From NCBI GenBank assembly GCA_043228905.1, contig JBHGNT010000014.1:12338001-12402000 (forward strand): a stretch of 64,000 nt of DNA. Direction: 5' to 3'. Position 1 is the first letter of the stretch, and each line of letters begins with the position of its first letter. This stretch comes from Azolla caroliniana (taxonomy: Eukaryota; Plantae; Polypodiophyta). Both the position numbers and the translations under genes were made by a program. Below the pieces are notes generated by a model. That model worked only from the letters and a program-made list of their open reading frames with translations, did no database searches and was not told where the DNA came from. Shown in pieces: positions 1 through 10,791 of this stretch.

Positions 1-1684
1 GATTGGTCAAATTCCTAACGGTGCGAGCCAATCATGAAAGGAATCGAGATAGTCTCGGAGGCGAATCCTCGGATTTTTAGAGCGGACTATTGAAGCATGG
101 GGCACAAATAGTCCGAGCAATCACAAGACCCCACAAGAAAGAAGAGTGCGTGGATTGCAAGGAGAAGCAACATGTGTCACACCTAGTGGCGCATGTAAAC
201 TAGTACTACCCGACAAGAAGCACAAGCACCGGATACAAGAATTCGAGAAGATGCTGAAAGAAGAGAACATAATAGAAGAAGGAGAGTTCGTGACTCATAT
301 TATGGAAGAAGCCTCATTTCACGACACCATCGGCGAAATCGAGGATGTCGTGGACTTGAGCTATCTTCACAACCAACGCGTGATTTCGGTTAACTCCGTC
401 AACATGTACGCTATCATCGATGAATACCGTCGTGGCATCTCGATGAAGGAAGCTGACATCAACACGAAATATAAAACGATGGATAAGAAGATCAAGCCAG
501 TTGCGGTTCCGCTACCGGAAGATAGCTGGCAAAAGATGAAGGAAGTCGCTAATGATCCAAGCTTAAGAGATCCGAAGAAGATAGGTCATGTCTTCACCAA
601 AGAGACGAAGGGGAAGCTACGAGTTGGAAAGGAGGATTTCCTTCTCCCTGAAGAGGAGCGAATGTTTCGCGATATGCTTGAGAGACATGGGAAGGCTTTC
701 ACATTCTTCCCACGAGAAATTGGATGCGCCGACCCAAAGGTAATAGAGCCGATGGTGATCTTCACGGTGCCTCATGTGCCTTGGAATTTGAAACCGATAC
801 CGGTTTCGAGAACACACCTTCCGAAGCAGATCGAGCTCTTAAAGGAGAAGGTGAGTATGGGAATTCTGGAACCGTCGAATGCTCCTTATTCCAATAGGTG
901 GTTCACGGTGCCGAAGAAGAATGGATCATTGCGATTCATCCAAGATCTTCAACCCGTCAACAAGGTGACAATTCGAAATGCCGGAATCGGTCCGAGCGTG
1001 GACGAATTTGCCGAAGCGTTTGCGGGCCGGTCCATCTACTCCATTGGCGATCTCTACTCCGGATATGACCAATTCCAATTGGCGATCGATAGTCAGGACA
1101 TTACAACCATGAGGACTCCGATCGGGCTTGTGCGGATGTGTACCTTACCCCAAGGCGCAACGAACTCTGTGGCTCATATGGGGAATGCCATGAATAAAGT
1201 CTTGAAGGATTGCATCCCGAACATCACGATGCCATTCTTGGATGATATTCCGATAAAAGGATGTTCGGATGAGGAGAAAAATGAATCGAAAGATAAGGAA
1301 GGTTGTAGAAAGTTCATTGCGGATCATATGAAAGATTGCGAGAAGGTGCTTCAAAGGCTCGAAGATGCGAATTTGACATTTTCGGGAGAAAAATCCGCAT
1401 TCGGGCAACCGGAGATCTTGGTGGTACATCACTTGTGTGGAGCATACGGCTGGAAGCCCTCGCCATCCAAAGTGAACGCAATCCAAGACATGAAAGAAGA
1501 ATGCGTGCGAAGACCTGAAGAAGAAGCGCGAAAGATGATGGAGGCAGCCCGAGTAAAGAGCAAAGTTCGGTTCGACAACACGCATCGACTTCGTCCCGAG
1601 AAGATTGAAGAAGGGGATTGGGTTTTGGTTTACGACAACACTCTTGACAATCAACACAGTACAACAAGGAAGTTCGCAAGAAGA
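1..1684 (+). pseudogene. Ty3/Gypsy protease tail + RT fragment, internally deleted (RT fused to integrase C-terminus)
   Basis: ORF 146..1687 has RT motifs (RWFTVPKKNGSLRFIQDL, GDLYSGYDQF, LPQGATNS, PFLDD). Near 1505 it jumps to the integrase tail (RFDNTHRLRP..EGDWVLVYD), so RNase H and the integrase core are missing. Confidence 0.9.
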
Positions 1685-2039
1685 TGAAGCTGGTGAGACG
1701 ACGGCATCCGGCGGCAACCGGCGACGGATGCCGTCGCCGGTGAGACGACGGCATCCAGCGAGGCACCGGTAACCGACGACATCCGACGAACCGGCGTCCG
1801 GAGACTAGATAAATAAATATATAAATATATATACATATATACATATACAAGAAGGGCAAGGAAGGATTCGAACCTTGCACCTCCAAGTTAAGAATCAATT
1901 GGCTTACCATTAAGCCATGCTATTTAGTTGAAATTATATTTCTATCATTGGCTTAAGTTGTATTCCTCTTCCTCCTAGTCAAAAACCTCGGCAGTTCCCA
2001 CTCGACTCACGCAACGATCCGGAGCCGAAGGGCACGACA
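1685..2039 (+). repeat. Partial Gypsy LTR ending ...GGCACGACA (5' LTR of element A)
   Basis: The last ~88 bp match 11927-12014. A PBS follows 4 nt downstream. The left boundary is approximate. Confidence 0.75.
1853..1920 (-). promoter_or_regulatory. tRNA-like Pol III cassette (A box + B box) inside LTR
   Basis: Minus strand reads TGGCTTAATGG (A box, 1907-1917) ... GGTTCGAATCC (B box, 1864-1874), with T-arm AAGG-TTCGAAT-CCTT. No intact acceptor stem. Confidence 0.65.
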
Positions 2040-2043
2040 CAGT

Positions 2044-2061
2044 TGGTGAACCCGACGTGAA
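2044..2061 (+). promoter_or_regulatory. Primer-binding site complementary to tRNA-Trp 3' end
   Basis: TGGTGAACCCGACGTGAA is the complement of the plant tRNA-Trp 3' end (..TTCACGTCGGGTTCACCA). The same 18-mer is on the minus strand at 10807-10824 and 18006-18023. Confidence 0.85.
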
Positions 2062-2078
2062 AACCGGGTGGCAAGGAG

Positions 2079-3822
2079 ATGGAAAATCAACCGGAGGCTA
2101 GCAACATGATGATGATGTTCGAGCGCATGCTACAAGAACAACACGCGATGTCGGAGATAGCGGCATCAGTGGAGCGGCTCGTCCAACGAAACGGGCAATT
2201 CAACGGGAAAGACGTGTCGCGGTATCTTCGGGACAACAAGGCGGAGATGCTACGGTGCGGAATATCGGAAGGACTGCAAGTGACGTCCTTCAACCGGGTG
2301 GCGACCGACGCGCTTCAAGCAAGCATCCATGGGCTACGACAACAAAATCTGACATGGGAGGCATTTGAAGAAGAGCTAAAGAGGACGTTTGCCATCGAGG
2401 ATTCCTCCAAGGCGACGCGAAGGGGATTCGAAGATTGGGTGGAGACGCCGGACAAGGGATTGAAGGTCGTTGATGTGTTTTCGGCATTTGAAAGCCGGTT
2501 CGGGAGGTTGTCCGCGAGAGATCAAGCTATCCTCGTACCGGACAAGGTGATCATGTTCTTGCGAGCCGTGGACGTCCGGAACCGGAAAGATCTCGGAGTG
2601 CTCTTGGAGGACACGACCACGGAGAGTGACCTCACTGAAACATGGGAAAGCGTGCGGGATATCGTCGCGCGATACATGAAGAGGGGGCAATGGCTTGCCA
2701 ACGAGGAAAAGAGGGTTTTGGAACCGATTCCGAAACCGAGAACCGGATTGGAAGACCATCAACCGAGGGCTCGGGAGACTACAACCGAGAAGGGGATTGA
2801 TGCATCTACGATGGAGCAACTATTGAAGGAGATGGAGAATCTGAAGATCGCGATGGTGAAGAAGTCGGATGACCGCCCCACAAGCTCCAAGTATACGGAC
2901 CGACGGTGCATATGGTGCGATAGCGCCGAACACGATCGGAGGGATTGCGACGAGCATAAGGAGGTGCTACGGCAGGATCTCATCTACTACGAGGGAAACC
3001 GGATTCATTCGATGGACTCTCGGAAGCCACTCCGACCGAACTTCCGGAAAGGCGGCATGAAGAAGGTGCTCGAGGAGGAATTAGCAGCAAGAAGCAACTA
3101 TGCGACAACCGCGGGAATATGTGTTGGGGAGTCATCGAGAGCAAAGACGTCTTTTTGGCCGGAAGTTCTAGAAAACACCGAGAAAACCGACTCCAACGAG
3201 ATCCGAAGCACCGTGGAAGGCGTCCGAGAAGCTACGGGATGGGAGTGCCCTGTCGACAAGAATAGCGTATACGCCCTATGTCAATTGCATAAGGTGTATG
3301 TGGACGAGAAACGACAACGCATGGAGGATGCGGCCGGGCCATCGAAGATACCGGAAAGTTGGAACTCCGGAGGTAAGGGAAAAGAAAAGGCGACTCCGGC
3401 ATTCAAGCTCGCCTTGGACATAGAACAACAAACCGACTTGAAAAGAGTGTTCGAGGAAAGAATCATGGATAGCCGGGTAGATTTCTCGCTTCGGGAGCTA
3501 CACCAACCATGGATGGAAGATTCGGGCGGCCACCAAAGCAACGGAAGATCTATTTGTGGCTTGTCCGGATGTGACGGTGAAGATCGGGGATGTCGAGATT
3601 GACCAAAATTTATTCGTGCAAGATGAGGTTTCACATTCCGTCATCCTCGGCCAACCCTTTATCACGGCATCACGAATGGAGATGAATGTGCTCGATAGCA
3701 GTGCGGCTTTTGCGTGAATTCGGAGCCAAAACAGTGGGAAATCCGTCCAATTCCTAATGGTGCCGGCGAATCATGAAAGGAACAAGAGGGAACTCTTGTC
3801 CCAAGTGAGAATGGATTTTTAA
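2079..3822 (+). pseudogene. Gag(-protease) ORF1 of element A, disrupted
   Basis: Capsid-like region (FNGKDVSRYL), zinc knuckle CIWCDSAEHDRRDC. A deletion near 3500 removes the protease active site. The frame ends GAT TTT TAA. Confidence 0.8.
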
Positions 3823-6800
3823 AGAGGACTGTTGCGGAGTGGGGAAGTGATAGTCCGAGAAGCCCTGATACCCCACAAAGGAAGAAAACTCTCGGAGCAA
3901 AACATGTACGAATCGGTTCGGATGGGGAATCTACGTACATGACCGTAACCGGAGGTTTGAAGAAAGGATACCGACAACTGGAGGATAAGTTGCGGTCGGC
4001 ATCAATAATAAAAGAAGATGAAGAAATCATGGGGAGAGTCGAAGAAGTGTTCTATGGGAGCATGCTACAACGACTTGAAGAGCTTGCGGAAGATAAAAGC
4101 CAAGGAACCGGGTAGTCCCGGTGGAATCGGTCGAGATGTACGAGATCATTGCGAAAATGGAGCCGGATACGCTCCGCAAAGAAGAAGCAATGGTAAGTAC
4201 GAAATACAGGACCGTGGAGAAGAAGGTGAAACCGGCCGCGGGACCACTACCCGCCGATAGCGAACAAAAGAGGAAAGAAGTCTCGGGAGATCCGACACTT
4301 CGGAAGTCCGTGGATATCGGACATGCCTTCATCGATGAGACCCGGAAGAAACTTCGGATCGGTGGAGGTGGGTTCCTATTACAAAAAGAAGAAGAACGGT
4401 TTCACGAGATGTTGGAGCAACACGGCAAAGCGTTTGCATTTACATCAAGGGAGATAGGGTGCGTCGATCCGAGAATAGTGGAGCCGATGGTGATCTTCAC
4501 GATTGACCATGTACCGTGGAACCTGAAGCCGATTTCGGTGCCACGAGCGCATATTCTGAAAGTCATTGACTTGCTCAAGGAGAAGGTGGCGATGGGGATT
4601 CTAGAGCCATCAACTGCTCCGTACTCAAATCGATGGTTTACGGTTCCGAAGAAGAATGGGTCACTCCGATTTATCCAAGACTTGCAACCGGTGAATAAGG
4701 TCACGATCCGGAACTCGGGAGTCGGTCCGATAGTGGACGAATTTGCGGAAGCTTTTGCCGGTCGTGCGATATACTCCATCGGAGACCTATACTCGGGGTA
4801 TGAACAATTCCAACTAGCCGTGGAGAGCCGAGACATCACAACCATGCGAACACCTATAGGATTAGTCCGAATGTGCACACTAGCACAAGGAGCGACAAAC
4901 TCGGTTGCTCATATGATGAACGCGATGAACAAGGTGCTTCGAGACTGCATTCCGGAGATAACGATGCCGTTCCTCGATGACATTCCGATGAAAGGATGCG
5001 CGGTAGAAGAAAAAGATGAGACTATGGATGATCCGGGATGCCGAAAGTTCGTGGTCGACCATATTCATGATTGCGAGAAAGTGTTGCGAAAGCTAGAAGA
5101 TGTGCACCTAACACTTTCCGGGGAGAAATCGGCATTCGGGCAAGAAGAAATATTGGTGGTCGGACATCTATGTGGGCCCTACGACCGAAGACCGTCACCA
5201 ACAAAGATCGATGCGATTCAAGCTATGGAGGAAGTATGCGAGTCAACATCCGAAGTCCGAAGGTTTCTCGGTGCATGTGCATTCTATCACATATGGATTC
5301 TGCACTACGCACATATAGCGGACCCGCTCTACCACTTGTTGCGGAAAGGTAAGAAATTCGAATGGAAACCGGAACACACCAAAGCCATGAAGAAATTGAA
5401 GAAGACACTTCGGAGGGCGGAAGCACTTAAGAAGCCAAGCTACGACCGACCGATCATAGTAACGGTTGATATAAGTCCAACCGGTATCGGGTGGGTCATC
5501 AATCAAGCCGACTCGGATGGTTCGCGGTATCCAATCCGATTCGGAGCAAAGGTTCTCAACGAAAGGCAACGTGGATATGCACAAGTCAAAAGAGAACTGT
5601 GGGGAGTCGTGTCGGCGATAAAATCGGATCGGGATTATTTGATCGGAGCTGAAGTGGTGATCGAGACGGATTGTCTTTCGATACTCAGGATGATGCGGTG
5701 TTGTACGATACCGGATGTAGATATGCTAAGGTGGGTTGCATATGTCAAGTCGCTTAATCTAGAGGTTCGACACATCTCGGGGAAGGACAACGCGGTAGCG
5801 GATATGTTATCAAGGGCTCGGTTCGGAGACGACATAACCGAATCGGATAATGAAGAAGTTTCCGAAGACTACTTCGCGTCGGAGCACATATGCCGAGTGA
5901 ATGTAATCCGAGAATTCCGTGAAGAAGAATACGAGGGAGAAAGCTTGATGATCGGAAAGATGTTACAAGAGGCCGAGGATTCAACAAACGATAAAGGATG
6001 AAGAGCCGAGATCCGAAGGAAGAAGAGGCAAGTCCAAAAGTTCTTCTTGGAAAACGGATTAATATGGAGGGCCCCGAAAAGACCGGATGGTATACCACTT
6101 CGAGTAGTCGGGACAAAAGAGCAACGAAACCGGATAATGTCCGAGTTTCACGAATCCGATTGGGCTGGACACCGAGGAACATGGGAAACATTTGTGAAGA
6201 TCAAGCAAAAATATTGGTGGAAGAAAATGTACAAAGATGTCGCGGAGTTCACGGAAAGCTGCGAGAAATGTCAAGTCTACTCCGGGGTTCGACATCGAGA
6301 TAAGTTACATCCGACATTCTCACCGACAATCAACTTCAAGTGGATGGTCGACATAGTGGCCATGCCGACCGGGATCGGACAAAAGAAATACTTGGTATTA
6401 GCTCGGGAAGATCTCACGAATCAAGTAGAAGGTCGAGCGCTTCAGAGGAAAATGTGTTCCGCGGTATGCCAATTTCTTTTGGAGGAAGTATTTTGCAGGT
6501 ACGGGTGCGTAGGACAAGTGATTGCGGACCGGGGAGAACTCGACTCGGACAAAGCTAGGGGATTCTTCGCCAAACACGGAGTTCGGTTATCGCTGACAAT
6601 GGCATACAATCCGGAGGCCAACGGGAAAATCGAACGTGGACATAGTCCGATCGTGAAAGCACTTGCGAAGGCATGCGATGGAAAGGTGAAGGACTGGCCG
6701 CAGATGCTTCCGTATGCACTATGGGCGGATCGGACGACGCATAGCTCCGTAACCGGTTACATGCCGGCAGAACTCATGACCGGACAAGCACCGGTAATGC

Positions 6801-7050
6801 CGACAGAAACTGCGATTGTAACATGGACAGTGCTACCATGGAAGGAAGAGATGAGCCGGGAAGAACTACTAGCAGTCCGGATACGACAACTAGAGGGGAA
6901 TGTACCGATTGTCCGAGTTGGAGGGAACAATACTACGAGTGCCTATAGCCGGGAAGCGGGTGAAGATTTTCAAGAGGCGGACCGACGACAAACCCTATGT
7001 GATCCAAGCCAAGGCCGACAACGAGGAGCAATCAGACGAAGACCACGGTG
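3813..7050 (+). pseudogene. Pol (RT-RNase H-integrase) of element A with frameshifts and a deletion
   Basis: ORF 4121..6001 has RT PFLDD and RH. ORF 6047..7051 has the HHCC finger and the integrase core (IADRGE, NGKIERGH). ORF 6900.. is the integrase tail. No chromodomain seen. Confidence 0.9.
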
Positions 7051-9652
7051 ATGCGGGAAGCGAAGAAAGTGAATTACAACTCATAGTCGACATAAGGGGA
7101 GAATCGGAGGAAGCTTTGGGTGAAGACGGATATGAGCAATCGAGAACTTCGGCACATACCGGAGGATGTGCGGGTTCGGAGGGGGCGAGTGTCGTAGTGT
7201 ATTCCACACACTACGTGAAAACCATAAAATAATATATCCGATTTTAGATACATATAAATAAATAAATAATATATCAAAACATTTATCACATGCTTAGGGC
7301 AAGATTCGAACCCTACACCTCGACGTAGATAAACCCCAACTTTACCATTATAATAACTTATCTTTAGTGTTATATATATAGATTTAATACGTATAAGACC
7401 TTTATTTACACATACCTTTATTAAAAGGTAAAAATCATGTATTCTTTAGGGTGTGAATATTTTATTTACACGTTGTCGCGTTGTTACGCGCGTGCGTGGG
7501 GAAAGGCGGGACCACGGGGGTCTTGGACTAGGGAGCGACGGAGCGTAGGAAGTCGCACTTCACCGTTTCCGGGGCATCCCAGAAGCACACCGGAAGCAAC
7601 CGAAGGGAGAGAGAGAGGGAGCGTGCTTAACACCGACTCACGCACACACACACACACACACGCACACACAGCCCAACCCGACTCACGCCTTATGTACAGA
7701 AAACGCAGGAAAGGGTAGGCACCCGACGCCAACAACGACGCGAATATACACAGACAAACGTATATATATATACATATAAAGGGAAGAATACATTCCCGGC
7801 GACGAGCCGGACTGAGGTAGGTTACAGTAGTTGTCTGCTACCAAGCCGCCGTCGGGAAGCTCTCAGCTCGTCGCGCCGAGCGGGGTCTTGCACAGGAGGC
7901 CGAACCCAAGCCAACCCTAAGCGAACACGAAGGGGGAGAAGAAGAAGAAGAAACTAACTCTAAACCTAACGGTATACCCTCTAATGCAAAATGGGCAACC
8001 CTTACACAAAGTGCGTTCCCTTCCTTTTATAGAACAAGGAAAGGGGTGCGTTACAATGTGGGACAAAATCTCGACTTACATGGGATCGTCTGTCCCGACT
8101 TGACTACTCTTCGGCGCCATAAAGGCACCCTCGATATTCACACTAAATGTACACGGGTGCGTACACACGCTGCACCCTGCCGATGTAGCCAATGTTTCCC
8201 AGTTTCCGCCTCTGGCCGAAATTCTTCACGACATCCACCCCCACCTAACTGCACGTCCACCGGTACGTGCCAAATCTGGATGAAGGGTGAGAGATTTCGG
8301 CCGGCGAGAAACCGGTCTTCCGTGATCCGCATCCCGGCTCGCTGCCGGTTTGATCCGTCGGCTTCGATTCTTCCTTCGCGCTTACCTCCCCGTAGGCTCG
8401 TCCGACCCGTCGATGGGTCCTCTGCCGCGATCTCCATAGTACGCGTACTTCCGTTGGCCCTTGTTCGGCCGTATGAACACCCCGCTTCCCGCCGTATGCC
8501 CGATGTCCTCCGTTTGAGGAACGCCCATAGCGGCCCGCTCGGCCTCCGTTGATCATTCGCGTCGTCCTGATTGCCGTCCCATTGTCGTTTCGTGTTGCCC
8601 TCGTCCTCTCGCCGCCACCTTCCTTCTCCATAGTCTTACATCGCTGCGTCGGCTCGAACCGCCATGGTCTCCGAAACGGTGTGGGGATCCCTTTCCGGTC
8701 TTCTCCGCGATACCTTCGAACCGCGCAACCTATCTCCGCGCTCACTTTTCTGCTCCGGCACCTCCGTGTGCCATGTACCCTCGCCCGTTGTTTGGCACCG
8801 CCTATGTCGCACTCTGGTTTATTGCACGCCTTGTCGGCCCCCTTTTTAGCCAGATCGTGCATCATCGTTCACCCTCATACCGACGTCCTTTGCATCCGAG
8901 GAACACCACGTAATAGCCCGCTTGGCCTTTCCTGTCTTCGTGCTGCCGCGATAGGTCCTGAGTCTTCCGCTTGCCGTCGTCCCCTCGCCCCCCACCAGCT
9001 TGTCACCCCGGGCTTGCCGTGTTAGTCTTCGCTACTTCAACAGAGCTACCGAGATCTACGAAGCGAGTGTGGAGGATCCTCCTCCGGCCTCTCTTGCCAT
9101 CCCCTGACTCCGACCCTGTGCAGTCCACTAGGCACTTGTCACCTCGTTCCCGGCACCTCCCTTGGGCCGTCTTCCGCTTCCTTCGTTTGGCCCCGCCCGC
9201 GCCGAACACTATCCCGTAGACACGCTTTGATCCGGCCCGTGATGGCCCCTTGCGAGACTCTTATTCCGTCCAAGGTGTGCCTTTTCGGCTTGACACACCT
9301 CCCCGTGTTTGCCCCTGCCGGCTCCTTCCGAAACCTCGTGTCGTCGGGTCCCGTTCCCTGCCGCCACCTTCCTTCTCCCTCGGTCTTACGTTGCCACGTT
9401 GGCCGAACAGCCGGAGTCTTCGGATCGGTGTGAGGGTCCCATAGGACCGGACTCCGTTTCTATGCTTGCCGAAAGTCGGGTGCCTTTTGTTTGAGTCCCT
9501 CCCGGACTCTCCTCGTGTCTTCCGCGTAGTCGGGTTCCGTTTCCGCCGCCACCAACCTTCTCTCTCGGTCTCATGTTGCCACGTTGGCCGTACCGCCGGA
9601 GTCTCCGGTTAAGTGTGGGGATCCCGTAGGACCGGACTTTCTTACGCCCATA

Positions 9653-9874
9653 GCCTTCGTCACCTCGCCGCCACCGTCAGTATCATGGTCTTACGTCGAC
9701 CGCGTTGCCGACTGCCGAAGTCTCTAGAACCGGTGTGAAGGATCCTCCGTAGGCTTCCGATCCTTAGCCCTTGCCTTCGTCACCTCGCCGCCACCGTCAG
9801 TATCTTGGTCTCACATCGACCGCGTTGCCGACTGCCGAAGTCTCTAGGACCGGTGTGAAGGATCCTCCGTAGGC
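9653..9874. repeat. Two ~100-bp direct repeats (period 120) inside element B
   Basis: GCCTTCGTCACCTCGCCGCCACCGTCAGTATC...GATCCTCCGTAGGC at ~9653 and ~9773. Confidence 0.85.
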
Positions 9875-10791
9875 CCGCTGTTTTGGCTTCCCGACCCTGT
9901 CCCGGGTCGTCCTTTTCCGCAAGTCGAGAGGGCGATTTGTTCCGCACCCTCTCCCGTGGTACCGTGGTACCGATCTTCCGCCGTTGCGTGGCGCAAGTCC
10001 GTTTCCTCAGTCTCGGCTTGCGGCCTCCGTCTTTCCTCTTCCTCGATCATCACCTTGAGAGCTGCGTACGCCTCCGCAATCCTGGCCCCAGCGCCGACCC
10101 TTGCTGACTCTCTTTGCCGTTCGGCCTCTTCCCGCTGTGATGGCACGCCATCGCGTACCTTCCTCTTAGCCTTCTCGGCTCGCTCATCATCTAGCCGTTG
10201 GCACACCCTTCTGACCTTTGACCAGTCCTCCGTAAGCCCATTCGCTCCATCATCGTCTTCGAGCTCAATCCCGATGGCTTCCCGTTCCGCTCGGTCGATC
10301 GACCTGACTAACAAAAGGACTTTGTCCGCCCCCACCAAACCTTGTTCCCGCTCCGGGAGCCGAGCAAGCCGTCGCTCTAACTCTCGGAACGCCTTGGTCG
10401 CACCCCGGTGGGTCTTTGCCGATGCTACCCACTGGTCAAAGTCGTGTCGTCCCCGGCTCTTCCGCCATCCTCCGTATGCCTTCAGGAGCGCCTCTTCGAA
10501 GGCCTCCCACGAACTATGAGCCTCACGGAGCTCCTTTATTTCCGCATGCATCCGGACAGCCACGAACCGACAGAAGAACTCTAGCCTCAACGCCTCGTCT
10601 ACGCCACGCTCCTCCATTTCCGCGTTGTAGGCTTCCAAGTAAGATGGGACATTGTCCCCGTTGAAACGGCCGACACTTTCGACCACTCGCTCAACCGCTT
10701 GTTGCGCTGCTTCTCGCCTCATCACCACTCGTGCCGACTCCAACACCACTTCGGCCACCATCTCCGCAAGGTCGTCGTCTTCCGACTCCAT
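9844..10791 (-). CDS. Gag-like capsid protein of element B
   Basis: 315-aa ORF just after the PBS, homologous to element A Gag (GRFNGDNVPSYL vs GQFNGKDVSRYL; DKVLLLVRSID vs DKVIMFLRAVD). Confidence 0.8.
   Translation of the reverse strand: MESEDDDLAEMVAEVVLESARVVMRREAAQQAVERVVESVGRFNGDNVPSYLEAYNAEMEERGVDEALRLEFFCRFVAVRMHAEIKELREAHSSWEAFEEALLKAYGGWRKSRGRHDFDQWVASAKTHRGATKAFRELERRLARLPEREQGLVGADKVLLLVRSIDRAEREAIGIELEDDDGANGLTEDWSKVRRVCQRLDDERAEKAKRKVRDGVPSQREEAERQRESARVGAGARIAEAYAALKVMIEEEERRRPQAETEETDLRHATAEDRYHGTTGEGAEQIALSTCGKGRPGTGSGSQNSGPTEDPSHRS

Noticed and set aside
1853-1920. Functional tRNA gene
   Set aside because: The acceptor and anticodon stems do not pair properly. Only the D/T-arm boxes remain, so it is reported as tRNA-like.
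8046-9574. Many overlapping short ORFs in element B
   Set aside because: GC-rich sequence gives open frames by chance, and there are no recognisable motifs.
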